From contig NMRA01000079.1 of NCBI GenBank assembly GCA_002633005.1, forward strand, positions 386,102 through 450,101: a stretch of 64,000 nucleotides of DNA, written 5' to 3'. A program made the position numbers and the translations under genes. Position 1 is the first letter of the stretch, and each line of letters starts with the position of its first letter. The notes below the pieces were generated by a model. That model was not told the origin of the DNA. It saw nothing but the letters and a program-made list of their open reading frames with translations, and ran no database searches. The stretch is from Phoronis australis. Its lineage: Eukaryota > Animalia > Phoronida. Positions 51,601-63,424 of the stretch are shown one piece after another.

Positions 51601-54600
51601 TGTCGCTTTCAACTCTAGTATTGGAGGTAACTTTGGTATTATACTGTACATGTTACTCCACGACGGTCATGTGCGGGGACATTCAGTCTTTGTAACATAT
51701 TTGTAATGTGGGTGAATTGTATTTTAATTCAAAACAGTCTCTCGTCTTCTATCTGTTACTGCTATACAGTTGACCTCTGGTTATAGCCCTTACACAGATT
51801 ATAAGTGATGTGGTTTTGGGAGGGACTAATATATGGTTGACAGTCCTTGTGACCTCTGTGACCTTTTTCTTGAAGAATCTATTGGCTTTAAATTATCTTT
51901 TGACTTTCGGCTAATATCAGACTAAGGATGGCAAAAGTAAGGCTAATGCTCAAAGTTACAAAGTCTGTCTACAACTCCAAATCAAAATACAGAAATAAGT
52001 AGCATGCTCAAGTAGGCTGAAGAGCAAATGTTTGGAGAAATGCCAAAGACAAAATATCAACGTTTGGCTCTTTGTAGTCAGATTTCTGACATTTTGCTAA
52101 AGTCAAAAGACAAAGCCTTTTCTAGAAACAGGCCCCAATTTCATTATGTCAATATGTTTACTAACTGTTAATCAAACCACATTTTGGGTGCCTTGAGACA
52201 TATCATGATATAAAGTGTTCTGTTGAAATTCCATTGAAATTTATGGGTCTAGAGACTTCTCTTTCATCTAGTGCATGTAAAAACAGGAACAATTTTAAAA
52301 CCTAACTTTAAATATTGTTCACAGTTGTTTTCCTTGAGCCTCTATCAAACTGCCTGTGAAATATTTATGACAAGCCTACTACTGTAAAACCTGAGAATCC
52401 TGTCGTAGGTACTAATTTATTTGGCTAACTATGCCAAGTATCTATTTTTCATTCAGTGATCCTTATTTTAGCATCACTGTGACTAGAGTTTCCTCTAAAG
52501 CTGCAAATAGAGCTGTTAATTGACCTATCGTAAGCCCCGCCCCCTTGTGAAAAGTCACCGACTACGTGTTGTTTGTCAGTTAAAATGGCGGCTTGGAAAC
52601 GCAGTTGAAGCTGTGTCAAGAATGCTGCGTTCTGATTGGTTACTTAAGCCATCAGTAAAAATCCTGGCAATGGGTCAATTTTGCCCCGTTTGGTTGAACA
52701 AAATGTCTTACTAGTTGTCTTGTTCCACACCAGGTGTCAGGATGTTAGACGGGGACGTGACGGACGCTGTTGAAGCTCAGTCTCTCAGTCACAACCCACA
52801 GCATGTACATATATACTCGGCCAGTTGGGGACCGGATGATGACGGCAAGGTTGTGGATGGACCAGGACCCCTGGCTAAGAGGGCATTTATAGACGGAGTC
52901 ACTAAGGTCAGTGCTTGTGTGCACCTGTTTCACATTTGAACAGAAGTCTTTCAACAGGTTTTGTTGAAGACTTGACTTGATACATTGTACGATCTTTAAA
53001 AGGATACTAAACCTGGTTTGGGTGATTTTTGCCCCCAAATATTTTTTTCACTTGCCATTTGTGTACATCATGATGGCAGAATTCATCGTCAGAGTTGTCT
53101 CCCCTGATGACCGAGAATGAAGGGGAATTAACTGGAAAGTTAGTATGGTGACTAAGACATTTTGTATTTAGAATTTTGCCACCCATATAATTCTTACCAG
53201 TCATTTTACTGTTAGCAAAATTAACCGTCATGATGGGGAAGCGTTATTTCGGCTGATTACTTTTGTCTTGTACTATATGTTGGTAGCAGATGTTCTTTAA
53301 TTCAGATGCTATTGAGCACAACACTAACGTCAGCCAATTCTAGGTTCCTCTGAGTCTCTCATAAATTTGGAATGACACACATTCTTGTGTTAGCACACAA
53401 TGTAATAGCTACCCGGTATTCATTGCAAAAACAAAGAGAACATTAAATATATGAATATATTATTAACATTATTCCTGGGTCTTCGATTGGAAGCATCAAT
53501 CATTGACATTTGCTGTTGTTTTGTTAGTACTTACCGGGACAGATGAAAGTGCTATTCACCTAAAACTGTGTACTAACTGTATCACAAAATGGATTCCGTG
53601 GCTTGAAATGCTCGGCCTTTCCTCACTGTCCTCCATAAAACTTACTCGACGGGTTAGTCGCACTTGCAGATTTTGTAAGGAGTCGTCAAACTTGAATCAA
53701 ATGTATAAAGACTGGCAAAAATTTAAAGAGCGTTGTTTTTTCAGTAAGAATGAACCTCCATAGTCACAATGCTAGTTTAGTATCCTTTAAAGTTTGGTTT
53801 GTAAGCGTTGCAAGATGTGGAAGAAATATTTTTGAAGTATTTGTTCGTAGTCACCCTCTGGTTTTCGGTTCTACGTCTTCAATCAGACAATTGACAATTT
53901 TGGCATAATTTAAAACCGCCATGAGGATATCTTGGGTATTAATATGGGGCAAATCCAGCTTTGATAATTGATTGGCTGCTGTCAATTGGAAGGGAAGGAA
54001 AAGTTTATTTAAAAATACAAGTCATCTTATCAAGTAATGCTTTAATGCTTTTTTCAAATCTTGTTTATAACTTTTTCCTTTCTGTGACTGGCACGTTAAG
54101 GCAGTTTTTTTTTGATTGACACTTTTCACCCGTCTATCCCCACAGGGTCGCCAAGGTAAGGGTTCCATCTTCGTGTGGGCCTCGGGTAATGGTGGTGCCA
54201 TGAAGGACTCGTGTAGCTGTGATGGTTATAGCAACAGCATCTATACAATGTCCATCTCCAGCACCTCGGAACACGGACGCAAACCCTGGTACCTGGAGGA
54301 ATGTGCCTCGACGCTAGCGACTACTTACAGCAGTGGAGAAAACTACAACCGTGAGAAACAGATCGTAAGTTCTTGAACCTTGAACCTAAACTACTGAAGC
54401 TCTATTATGTTGAGACTTCACCAATGCTGACTTATCGTATGTGGTGAAATTTGAACATTTATGCTGAACCTGCCATGTGAGTTATTGAGTGGAATCTCGA
54501 GTAAAAGCTATTGGTGACCAGTCCTAGATGTGATAATTAAAGCTGTGACTGCGAGTGACTGTGTAAGATGATAATTCTTCACTCATTGAAATTCTGTTTT

Positions 54601-57600
54601 CTCAGAATTCTTCACAAAAATAAGAAAATTTTTGTCCACTTCATACTATACTTTGTACTGTGTAGATGCCATAAAACAAGAATTGGTGAAGTTTCCAATG
54701 TTTTTAACAAAGTAATCGGTTTTTGAAAATTAAGGGAAATGTGACAATTTTGGCAATTGTTTGTGTGCAAAAGAAGTGGAGAATTAGGGTTCATCGATTA
54801 TGATTGTGATAATGGTGGCCGTTGGTACTTTATGTACGATATGGTATGAAGTGACTTACAACCAACCTGCAGATCTGTCCATGCAACTCCACCGGAATTA
54901 TAATGAATTACTTATCATGGGAACTGTTTTTCCGAGGCCCTGTAACACCTGTCATTCCCAAGACACCGTCCGAGCCCATTTGAAGACCTTGAGTTGATGA
55001 CGGATGCTGGAGACAGGTGAAAACTGGTAATTTTGGCCACTTTGCACGGGGTTCCTTCTCAGAACTTTCAACACTTATTCGGCTCCCCTTGTTTTTCTCA
55101 TTCTGAGACTTTGTTGAACATTTAGACGCAACACACATCACTTATGGCTCCGACTACAATTACTGTCCTAGCCTCACTAATTCTCATGTTCATACGAGTC
55201 CAGTGGTGTTTGAGCCGTCTATTAGATTTGAATTCTTACACCTCCATGTTGAAGGTGGTATCTACTGTTGCATCAGCAGCTCCACCTGGTGGTGGCTGTG
55301 GCCTCATGCTTTATATTTATATCTATATTACACTTATTATTAAGTACCTGTAATTACCTGTCACAGACAAGGTCCTTGGTGATGTTGACCACTAGTCACA
55401 CTGTTTGCCTGGCACAAGGAGATGTTATGTTGCTTCTAAGCTTCTGGTTTTTCAACTTTCTGTGGACATCTTTGTCTTTGCTTTTGATAGCTTTTGAAGG
55501 TTCCCCAACTGTAAGGTACCATCACCATGAGCCGACACTCTTCTGTAATGTTGTTCTACTGGAGAGCTTATGTGAGACCCTGATGTCAGAGACGCGTCAT
55601 TTTCAATTTTTGAAGAAATGTGTGTTGTTTTGCTCAGTGAATTGAAAACAGTGGTCATGTATTGTGATGCTATCTTGTTCTGGATTTTGAGTTTTGACCA
55701 GTCAAAGTTATTTCATTTTACTTCAGCATATAATTGTGAAGTGTTTATTTCTTATTGTGTGCTGGAAATTAACAATTATTGATTGTTTGATTGAATGATT
55801 GTGTTAGTAATTATTCCAAATGTATAACTTTAAGGTAACTTTCATTAGGATGTATATATTTAAACTGAAAGTTTGTAGTTAGGTGACCTTGGTTTTTTTC
55901 AAGAATAATTTTTTTTCTTGCCTATGGTCATCGACATGGACATTATTTTTTGAATAAGACTTGTGAACTCGTTTCCCTTGCCTACAAAACTATGCTTAAC
56001 TGATAATGGCTTTTAGTTGAGAACTATACCAGCGTTTTAAATACACGCTGGCCCAGTGGCCCGGGGCCAGTGGATTTGCAGTCGGGCCATTAAATTTTCA
56101 CAGGTCGGCCCTGTGTGGATATGGTCTGATTTTCAAGTAACCCGCCCAGTGGGGCGGCACATTTATTTGCTGAAGCTCGAACACTGAACTCTACTCTCAA
56201 AAGGTGTACCTAAGGTCACCTCTCAAGTTAATCCAAGACTCAAGTGTCCGTAAAAACTTTACATTTTCACTTACTTATGATGACATTCTCCTTGTTTTCA
56301 TTCTTGTGGTAGTATGCCCTTGGTTAAAATCATGTAGATTGTTTTGACTATCATTGAAGAAGTTTTAAATGTCAAGATCTAACCTTATTCTTTTCTGACA
56401 AATATGTTAACTTAGGTTTAGACATAAATGGTAAACAAATAATCTCAATATTGTTTCTGTTTATTGTTTTTTGTTTCTTGTGCAAATTTTGAGTTTCTTT
56501 GTATGACCTACTACCAAATCTATTTTCACCACCGATGCTGTTAATAAGCGTAATTAGTTGCCATGTCACGAGGTTTGTGTTTCACATGTAATCAGCGTGC
56601 GGCTTTATTAACCTTTCTCGTTTTTCTTTGAGCGAGGCTGCCATTAAATACCATGTACAACGTGTTTGTTTTCATCAACGTTCTTATCTTTCTGAGTGTG
56701 ACATTCTTTACAAAGTTTACTATTTTGTGGCACACAGTAATTTGCATTTTAGGAAATCTGTTATTCTTTTTTGGAGATCTTTCACACGGTTTTGATAAAT
56801 CGTAACCCTATTTTATTCACACCAACAAACATCTCCTGCAGTCCTATTTTAGATATCACTGCAGTGTTTTTTACAACTCATTTACACTGTTACAGATAGT
56901 CATTCCTTTCATCGATTTTTGCTCTGGATAAATCTCCAGTACCACATTTGTTTTTATTGATTTCTCCAATGCCTTTGATATTGTTGCAGATCACCAATGC
57001 CCTTGATTCTGCCGTAGGTCACCACTGGTGTGAACGGTGAATGTATAGAGATTCGTGATAACTAATTTGTATTTCAGAATTATTTTCATACACTTTTCTC
57101 GTCCCTTTGATTACAGGTGACCACTGACTTGAACAAGGGATGTACAGAGAGCCACACGGGTACATCTGCCTCAGCACCGCTAGCAGCTGGTCTGCTGGCC
57201 TTGGCACTGGAAGTGAAGTACGAATTGTATTTTTTTACATTTTCTGTATTTTTGTAATTGTTTGGCTTTTATCAGATATGATTATGTTTGATTTTGCTGC
57301 AATAACCATTTGGTAGTCATGCAACAGTGCTTGTTGTCTACTTAATAATAATTATTCCTTTGACATTAGCAACCTGCACTTTTTAAGTTAAATTTTTAAA
57401 AAATCTTTCTAATCTGGTTAACAAATTTTGGTATTGATTTCATTTTGGCATGGTTGCAGCAATTGCTTAACGAGATTTGAAAGTTGTCATCAATGCTTAT
57501 CAGCTATTTCTACCTACCTGCTTTATGTTTAATTCCAGTGACAGTATGCATTGAATATTGTTCATGTGTCAGTATTCTTTCCAGCCCTGAGCTGACTTGG

Positions 57601-60600
57601 CGAGATGTTCAGTACATTATCTTGATGACCTCCCGGCCTGAACCAATGATAGATGGTAACTGGATTGTGAATGGGGTTGGTAGAAAAGGTAACCTCATAA
57701 TCTCTTAAAGATTAGTATCTAGTGAATACAGTAGTTTGACTTTGGTTCACATTGGTTCATACTTGAAATTTCATCTGTAAGTCCCAGTGCACTGATTCAG
57801 AAAGTGACACCATTTGAATTTTCTGGTACTCAAAACGTAGGCCGGGGCGTATTTCTGCAAAAAGGATTGTGGCTGGATGGGAAAACCGTTGCCAAATATA
57901 CCTGTGATGGTGTGATAAGAGTTGTTAGTTACTAGTATACTTATATAGGACAGTTCGTGTTCATGCAAGAGTTGTTAGTTACTAGTATACTTACATTGGA
58001 CAGTTCATGTTCATGCAAAAGTAAGCATTTTCTTTCACTTATAATGAAAGTTTTAATTTTTGGATGTTTTCATTTTGCTCAAGACGAGTGTATTTTCACT
58101 TGTTGCCTGATGTAATATTTTGAAAATACTTTACAGTGTACAAATATTAAATAAATTTTCCGGTATGTCCAAAGTTTTGCTGGTTTTCCATTTCACTTTC
58201 CGCACCTCTGCCATTCTTGTTTTACAGTTAGCCACAGGTATGGCTATGGACTGATGGATGCAGCCAAGATGGTGGAGCTGGCCAGGAAATGGGCCACAGT
58301 ACCGGAGAAGTTCATCTGTGAAGAGACACCTGTAAATGTGGAACAGTGAGTTGAGCCGAGTGGTAATAAATGCGGAAACTTTAGATTTTCAATGGTTTCC
58401 ACTCATCATGGAAAACCTGGAAAATTACAATTTCCATTTGCATGAGAATAACTACCATAAAAATGATTTCTGTGACAGTAATTCCCTGGTAATAAATTTT
58501 GTGGTGATAATTTTGGTGATGATAATTTCCATGACAACACTTTCCATGACAACACTTTCCATGACAATAAATTCTGTGGTAACAATTTCCATGGAAATGA
58601 TGTCCATAATAATTGCTGTGTGTGTGCAGGAGTTACAAAAGGGGAGAAACCCAATGGAAGATTGTGTATGATGTAAGGGATAATAGACTCAGTTGGTCAT
58701 GTGACATTCTCACATAGGTGTCTACACAGCTATACAATGACGTTTTATCTCAAACCAAAGAGTGAACTATATCTCAATAAATTTAATTCTTCTTTTAATT
58801 AATGCTCGCAACAAATCAAAATCTCTCATTGCTCGGATTTTTCTCAGTAACAGTCTGTCTGCATTTTAGTGCGATCAAGGATAGATTCATGGTCAACATT
58901 ACTTCGACTGGATGCCAAGGGAAGACAAATGCTGTGAAATTCCTGGAACATGTCCAGGTAAGTGGTCATTCTATGATAAGAATTCTTCAGTTTGGAACAC
59001 AAGATGGAGGACAGGTGAAATTTTGTCACATTTCTCAACAAAACTAACTTTACAAGACAATTTGTTTTGCTTTTAGCATGGTGTGCAGCTATTACAAAGC
59101 AACACTTGGAAAATTTTGAGCATTTACAAAAATGTGGTAAACCTCTGAAAAATGAAATCTGTCAATTTTAGCAATTATTATTTCATTTATCTTAAACAGG
59201 AGAATTTTTACTGCAATATTTATAAGGAACACACTTTTTTACGTAGTTTTCACTGTTTGTTAATGGTAATTTAGAGTAATGAAATATTTCTGATTTATGT
59301 AAGGAGCGACCTTTTTGACACAAATAGTGTAAATGTTGACTACATTCAACTTTTTTAACCTAAAGCTTATTGTAAGTAAACTATTTATAAAATTTGACGA
59401 CACAATCAAAAAAGTTTAAAGGCAGTATGAAGTTTTGTTTACAAAATGTTTGAAGATGTGGAAGTGAATATTGGAAGGGATGTTAAAGCCAGTCCTCTCC
59501 ATTTTGACCTTTAATTATTGTCTTCACCACCTTATTTCAGACATCCATAGTAAAACTGGTCTACCAATGCTTTTTATAGGGGTAACTGTAGTTCACTCTC
59601 CCTCTGTTCATGTATGGTGATGAGGCAAACCATTGACAATAAGTTGCGGGTTTTCCCCAAATTCTTCTGCAGTCCCAAATACTGTCCATTACGTTGTACT
59701 CAAACGCTGCCACTCTTTCTGTACTAACCGTTCTGTGTTCATTTCTTACAACGTCATTTTCTGTTTTTAAAGAGTTGGAAACGATTCATTTGTGAGTTGG
59801 AGATTGTATCCAGCCTGATGATGGGAATAACTATCTTTCCCTGTCACTATTCCAGCTAAAGGTCACCATGCGATTTCCCCACCGCGGGGATGCACAGCTG
59901 AATCTTGTGTCACCCAAAAAGACTCGAGCCACTCTGTTGCCACGGCGACAGAATGACTACAACCGTGGGGAGTTCAAAGAATGGCCCTTCCTCTCTGTAT
60001 TTTATTGGGGCGAGGACCCCAAGGGTAACTGGACGGCCGAGTTTGTCAATACGGGAAGGCGTAGCGACCAAGGTAGATATTTAGGTCAATAAAGTTTTCT
60101 GGATTGTTTTTGATTGAACTTGCATCTTGTTCAAACTTGTACTTCAAATTATTTATATTTTGATTTGAACTCAAAGTCAAACCGTGCTTTCAGAAGCTCA
60201 AAAATCTGCAGCTTCAAACTTAGATAAAACTTGTTTGATACAATTTAACATGAAAAAATAGCTTCTGTGAATTTCACAGCAGACGTATAATTGTGAAAAA
60301 CAGTTGACTGGTCAGGTTTCCAAACTTTCTTTTGCAGATGTAAAATCAGAACTACAGTACATCAAAACTTTGTTGAAAAAAATCTGCTGGTATTTTTTCT
60401 AGCCTAACTGTGGGCATAGTAGGTCGTATGTCTAAAGTTCCCAAAAATTTTGAAAAACAGTCATTGAAGTTAGCACCATTCTGCCAAATTTGTACCACAC
60501 AATTTGTTTCCATTCCAGGCTCTGTGCTCAGCTATCAGCTGATTTTACACGGAACGCAAATCAACCCTGTCAGGTACAAGAGTGACCTCACCACCGCAGC

Positions 60601-63424
60601 GCCCTCTAAGACAACCACGGCATCGTCACAGGTTACAGAGAAAGGGCACAAACCTGTTGACATCACTGTCATCGAGGGCGAGAATGAAACAACGGACAAT
60701 GGTGACGACTCAAAAGGGTTTTGGATGTTTGGGAAGTCTAAAACAAAGACAGTGAGTAAAATAAAAGGTCTTCAGTGTGGGACGACATTAAGAGTCTTTT
60801 CAATTTTGGTGCAATCTCTTGAATTTGGGGCAATTAAATTGATGTTATGGAGTTTTTTTGTTTATTATTAGGTGATTTTTGCTTTCAAGAACATCCATCA
60901 AATTGTAGGCACCGTGTGTAAACGAATTCCAAAATCAATAAATATACTGTACATTCTTAAAGTTTTTGGATGTCTGTGGTTCTTCCATTTTGGGGAAACA
61001 GCCAAATGCAATTTTGTAAAACTTGGGCCAACATTTGAGAAATAGTAAATTTTCACTAATTGTAATGTTCCAAACTAGAGAACTTTACCGGAGTATTGGT
61101 TGTAAATTCTTATAATAAATGCTCACCTATTGTTACTTAAACAATTTGTATTTCTCAAACGTTAAAGAGGAAATAACATTTTGAATGCCAAGTTGATCAT
61201 AATGTGAATGTTGAACTGTGTGTCTGCTGCCATGTTGTAACCTTTCACCTTTGACCTTTTCAGAAGTGTCACTCAGAGTGTGAAGGAGGGTGTAATGGTA
61301 CTGGAGCCAATCAGTGCAAAAGCTGCAAACACTACCAACTTGCTGGGTAAGTATTGTGCAATGCCGGGTAATAGGGAGTACAAAACATGGTGTAACAGTG
61401 GTTAGTGTCTATCAGATGGGTTGGCTGCCTGTGAGATAGCCTTTGACTTGAAATGAATGGAGTAACTATGGTTTCTTCAATAGAACCAATCATCAAAATT
61501 TTCAACGAAAATAAACAAAAAGAAAGTTTATTTTATTTCGTTATTTACGCTGTTGATGTTTAGGTGACTGATGCAAAAAGCGGGCATTTGCAAAATGCCT
61601 GGACTAAAGATATTATTTTGCATTCAGCCTGTCATGTCACTAGAATTTGAGGTTGTATGAAAGTAAGTGTCACCAAGCTTTTGTGTTTTCAGAACACTAA
61701 AGAGTTTGCTATTGATTGGTATATGTAACGTGCTTAAAGTGCTGAAGTTTTGGACTTTCTTGATGGTCTCACAGTGACTTCAAAGGGATGATACTTTTGA
61801 TATTCACTTTCAGGTATTGCGTCGCTTCCTGTCCACCAGATGGCTATACTGTCAGTGAGGAGACGAAAGAGTGTGCGCGCATAGATTGTCACCCCACCTG
61901 TGGGACTTGTCGCGGACCTAACGAATCGGACTGCATCACATGCACTGGTCACTTGTATTACAGTAAAGATACGTCTGTGTGTATGACCACGTGTGAGGAA
62001 GGGTTCTATGCAGGTAGGGTATACACGGCTTGTGATTGGTCAGTTCTATGCAGGTAGGGTATACAGGGCTTGTGATTGGTCAGTTCTATGCAGGTAGGGT
62101 ATACANNNNNNNNNNNNNNNNNNNNNNNNNNNNNNNNNNNNNNNNNNNNNNNNNNNNNNNNNNNNNNNNNNNNNNNNNNNNNNNNNNNNNNNNNNNNNNN
62201 NNNNNNNNNNNNNNNNNNNNNNNNNNNNNNNNNNNNNNNNNNNNNNNNNNNNNNNNNNNNNNNNNNNNNNNNNNNNNNNNNNNNNNNNNNNNNNNNNNNN
62301 NNNNNNNNNNNNNNNNNNNNNNNNNNNNNNNNNNNNNNNNNNNNNNNNNNNNNNNNNNNNNNNNNNNNNNNNNNNNNNNNNNNNNNNNNNNNNNNNNNNN
62401 NNNNNNNNNNNNNNNNNNNNNNNNNNNNNNNNNNNNNNNNNNNNNNNNNNNNNNNNNNNNNNNNNNNNNNNNNNNNNNNNNNNNNNNNNNNNNNNNNNNN
62501 NNNNNNNNNNNNNNNNNNNNNNNNNNNNNNNNNNNNNNNNNNNNNNNNNNNNNNNNNNNNNNNNNNNNNNNNNNNNNNNNNNNNNNNNNNNNNNNNNNNN
62601 NNNNNATATCCACAATTCTCTAGCTAAAGTTAGACCCTGGGAATATCCACAATTCTCTAGCTAAAGTTAGACCCTGGGGATATCCACAATTCTCTAGCTA
62701 AAGTTAGACCCTGGGGATATCCACAATTCTCTAGCTAAAGTTAGACCCTGGGAATATCCACAATTCTCCAGCTAAAGTTAGACCCTGGGAATATCCACAA
62801 TTCTCCAGCTAAAGTTCTAAAGTGAGCAGTCACGACTTGTTATTTTTGGTTTGCAGTGTAGACTGGAGGATTTTCCCACTGAAACGTGTTACCATGGAAA
62901 CACTTTGTTGTTTTAGTTCAAACGTAACTGTCGTCGCTCAACCTAAGCTATGCAGACTTCCAATTTGGTCACATTTTGGCATTTATGACATACGCGACGG
63001 TCAGGTTGTTTGCAGTGCAAGTGCGACCATTGTGTCATACATTTGCTGAAACTCTAACGACACCCAACAATTCTTGTAACCTGTAAAACAAATAACAGCC
63101 TCATTTCACTGCTTTGTTTTTGTCAGATATGTGTGATGCGGGTGCATGATTTTGGCAACCAAATCTCTACAATAATATTGCTTTTAGATACTTTAACATG
63201 CTTAAAAGTATTATCACTGGACATGTCGATGTTGTTTTAATTCGTAATTCAGGATCATTATTTTTGACCGCAGATCAGCAGAATGTCTGTCAAACGTGCA
63301 GCTCCACCTGCAGGGCATGTGCTGAGTCGGCCAATCACTGTATATCTTGTTCCGAAGGTAAAATTTTACTGAACGAGTTCTGTGTAGAGACCTGCCCAGC
63401 TGCGACATTTGCTTCGTCTGAGGG
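28475..63424 (+). CDS. PCSK5: Proprotein convertase, PCSK5/PC6 (furin-2/PACE4 group)-like; 16 coding exons seen, gene continues beyond the window
   Basis: Signal peptide, prodomain ending RVKR, S8 catalytic residues ([28 protein letters not shown]), P domain with RGD, then Cys-rich furin-like repeats. [36 protein letters not shown] and KPWYLEEC resemble PCSK5/6 more than FURIN; exact orthology needs a tree. Confidence 0.85.
33567..33612. repeat. (TAA)n microsatellite, ~15 units
   Basis: Directly visible. Confidence 0.97.
35781..35863. repeat. 29-bp tandem repeat, ~3 copies (gcctatagcaacttgttagcatgtatgtt)
   Basis: Directly visible. Confidence 0.9.
39776..41085 (+). mobile_element. Helentron/DINE-1-like non-autonomous element with internal GAT/GAC-rich ~160-bp tandem units
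   Basis: 3' perfect hairpin tacttggcgaaat-tt-atttcgccaagta (41055-41082), a DINE-like core aaatttcgtgatgatcggac, and an internal palindrome aaaatggccgcc...gccgccatcttg; the 5' boundary is approximate. Confidence 0.55.
45492..45650. mobile_element. 159-bp Tc2-like MITE
   Basis: Perfect 24-bp TIR ccgtaatcgttcgggttaacgccc with TA on both flanks; subterminal motifs are related to the element at 8044-9692. Confidence 0.88.
45682..46718. mobile_element. ~1.04 kb non-autonomous hAT-like element
   Basis: TIR cagggcttcatcca versus caggccttcatgca (12/14); perfect 8-bp TSD gttgtacc at 45674-45681 and 46719-46726; repeated ggcgtcc subterminal motifs. Confidence 0.85.
47495..47599 (+). CDS. PCSK5: PCSK5-like exon 2 ([19 protein letters not shown]...LKRDPE)
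   Basis: gtag| and |gtaagt; prodomain motif; not in the ORF track. Confidence 0.9.
47901..48096. mobile_element. ~200-bp MITE with ~26-bp imperfect TIRs
   Basis: atagaccctattcacgctgtcgccat versus the reverse complement of the right end, atacaccttatttacgcagttgccat. Confidence 0.65.
48173..48268 (+). CDS. PCSK5: PCSK5-like exon 3 ([32 protein letters not shown])
   Basis: tttcag| and |gtaagt; RVKR autocleavage site. Confidence 0.92.
50263..50327 (+). repeat. G-rich 15-bp minisatellite (cagggcgaggggtaa) x4
   Basis: Directly visible; nine runs of 3 or more G. Confidence 0.9.
50590..50724 (+). CDS. PCSK5: PCSK5-like exon 4 (catalytic Asp, [10 protein letters not shown])
   Basis: tttcag| and |gtaggt. 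Confidence 0.92.
51464..51626 (+). CDS. PCSK5: PCSK5-like exon 5 (DAEASKD...[14 protein letters not shown]...SIG; catalytic His)
   Basis: tgtag| and |gtaact. Confidence 0.92.
52518..52680. mobile_element. Possible short MITE just upstream of the PCSK5-like exon 6 acceptor
   Basis: aattgacctat ... atgggtcaatt, 11-bp imperfect inverted ends only. Confidence 0.4.
52734..52906 (+). CDS. PCSK5: PCSK5-like exon 6 ([11 protein letters not shown]...[12 protein letters not shown]...GVTK)
   Basis: accag| and |gtcagt. Confidence 0.93.
54146..54364 (+). CDS. PCSK5: PCSK5-like exon 7 ([17 protein letters not shown]...EKQI; oxyanion Asn)
   Basis: cacag| and |gtaagt. Confidence 0.93.
56030..56186. mobile_element. 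157-bp hAT-like MITE
   Basis: cagcgtt ... aacactg ends; near-perfect 8-bp TSD aactatac/aactctac; GC-rich ggccc subterminal motifs. Confidence 0.65.
57117..57217 (+). CDS. PCSK5: PCSK5-like exon 8 ([25 protein letters not shown]...; catalytic Ser)
   Basis: ttacag| and |gtacga. Confidence 0.92.
57585..57688 (+). CDS. PCSK5: PCSK5-like exon 9 ([10 protein letters not shown]...NGVGRK)
   Basis: ttccag| and |gtaacc. Confidence 0.92.
57917..58018. repeat. 50-bp tandem duplication
   Basis: aagagttgttagttactagtatactta... occurs twice. Confidence 0.85.
58228..58345 (+). CDS. PCSK5: PCSK5-like exon 10 ([12 protein letters not shown]...)
   Basis: ttacag| and |gtgagt. Confidence 0.92.
58870..58957 (+). 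CDS. PCSK5: PCSK5-like exon 11 (start of P domain, ...AVKFLEHVQ)
   Basis: ttttag| and |gtaagt. Confidence 0.88.
59856..60072 (+). CDS. PCSK5: PCSK5-like exon 12 (P domain, HRGDAQ...WGEDPKGNW)
   Basis: ttccag| and |gtagat; RGD motif. Confidence 0.9.
60519..60751 (+). CDS. PCSK5: PCSK5-like exon 13 (end of P domain LILHGT plus Ser/Thr-rich and acidic linker)
   Basis: ttccag| and |gtgagt; phase-compatible with the next exon. Confidence 0.82.
61264..61346 (+). CDS. PCSK5: PCSK5-like exon 14 ([24 protein letters not shown]; first furin-like Cys repeat)
   Basis: tttcag| and |gtaagt. Confidence 0.9.
61814..62013 (+). CDS. PCSK5: PCSK5-like exon 15 (Cys-rich repeats, [19 protein letters not shown])
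   Basis: tttcag| and |gtaggg. Confidence 0.9.
62003..62105. repeat. 40-bp minisatellite spanning the PCSK5-like exon 15 donor and continuing into the gap
   Basis: gttctatgcag|gtagggtataca(c/g)ggcttgtgattggtca units at 62003, 62043 and 62083. Confidence 0.93.
62606..62816. repeat. 37-bp minisatellite, ~5.7 copies after the gap
   Basis: atatccacaattctctagctaaagttagaccctggga with period 37. Confidence 0.95.
63274..63424 (+). CDS. PCSK5: PCSK5-like exon 16 (Cys-rich repeat, [21 protein letters not shown])
   Basis: cgcag| and |gtgagt; no stop, so the gene continues. Confidence 0.88.

Noticed and set aside
62606-62816. CRISPR array (also considered for the 22-, 29- and 40-bp repeats)
   Set aside because: Units are directly adjacent with no unique spacers, there are no cas genes, and the context is a eukaryotic intron.
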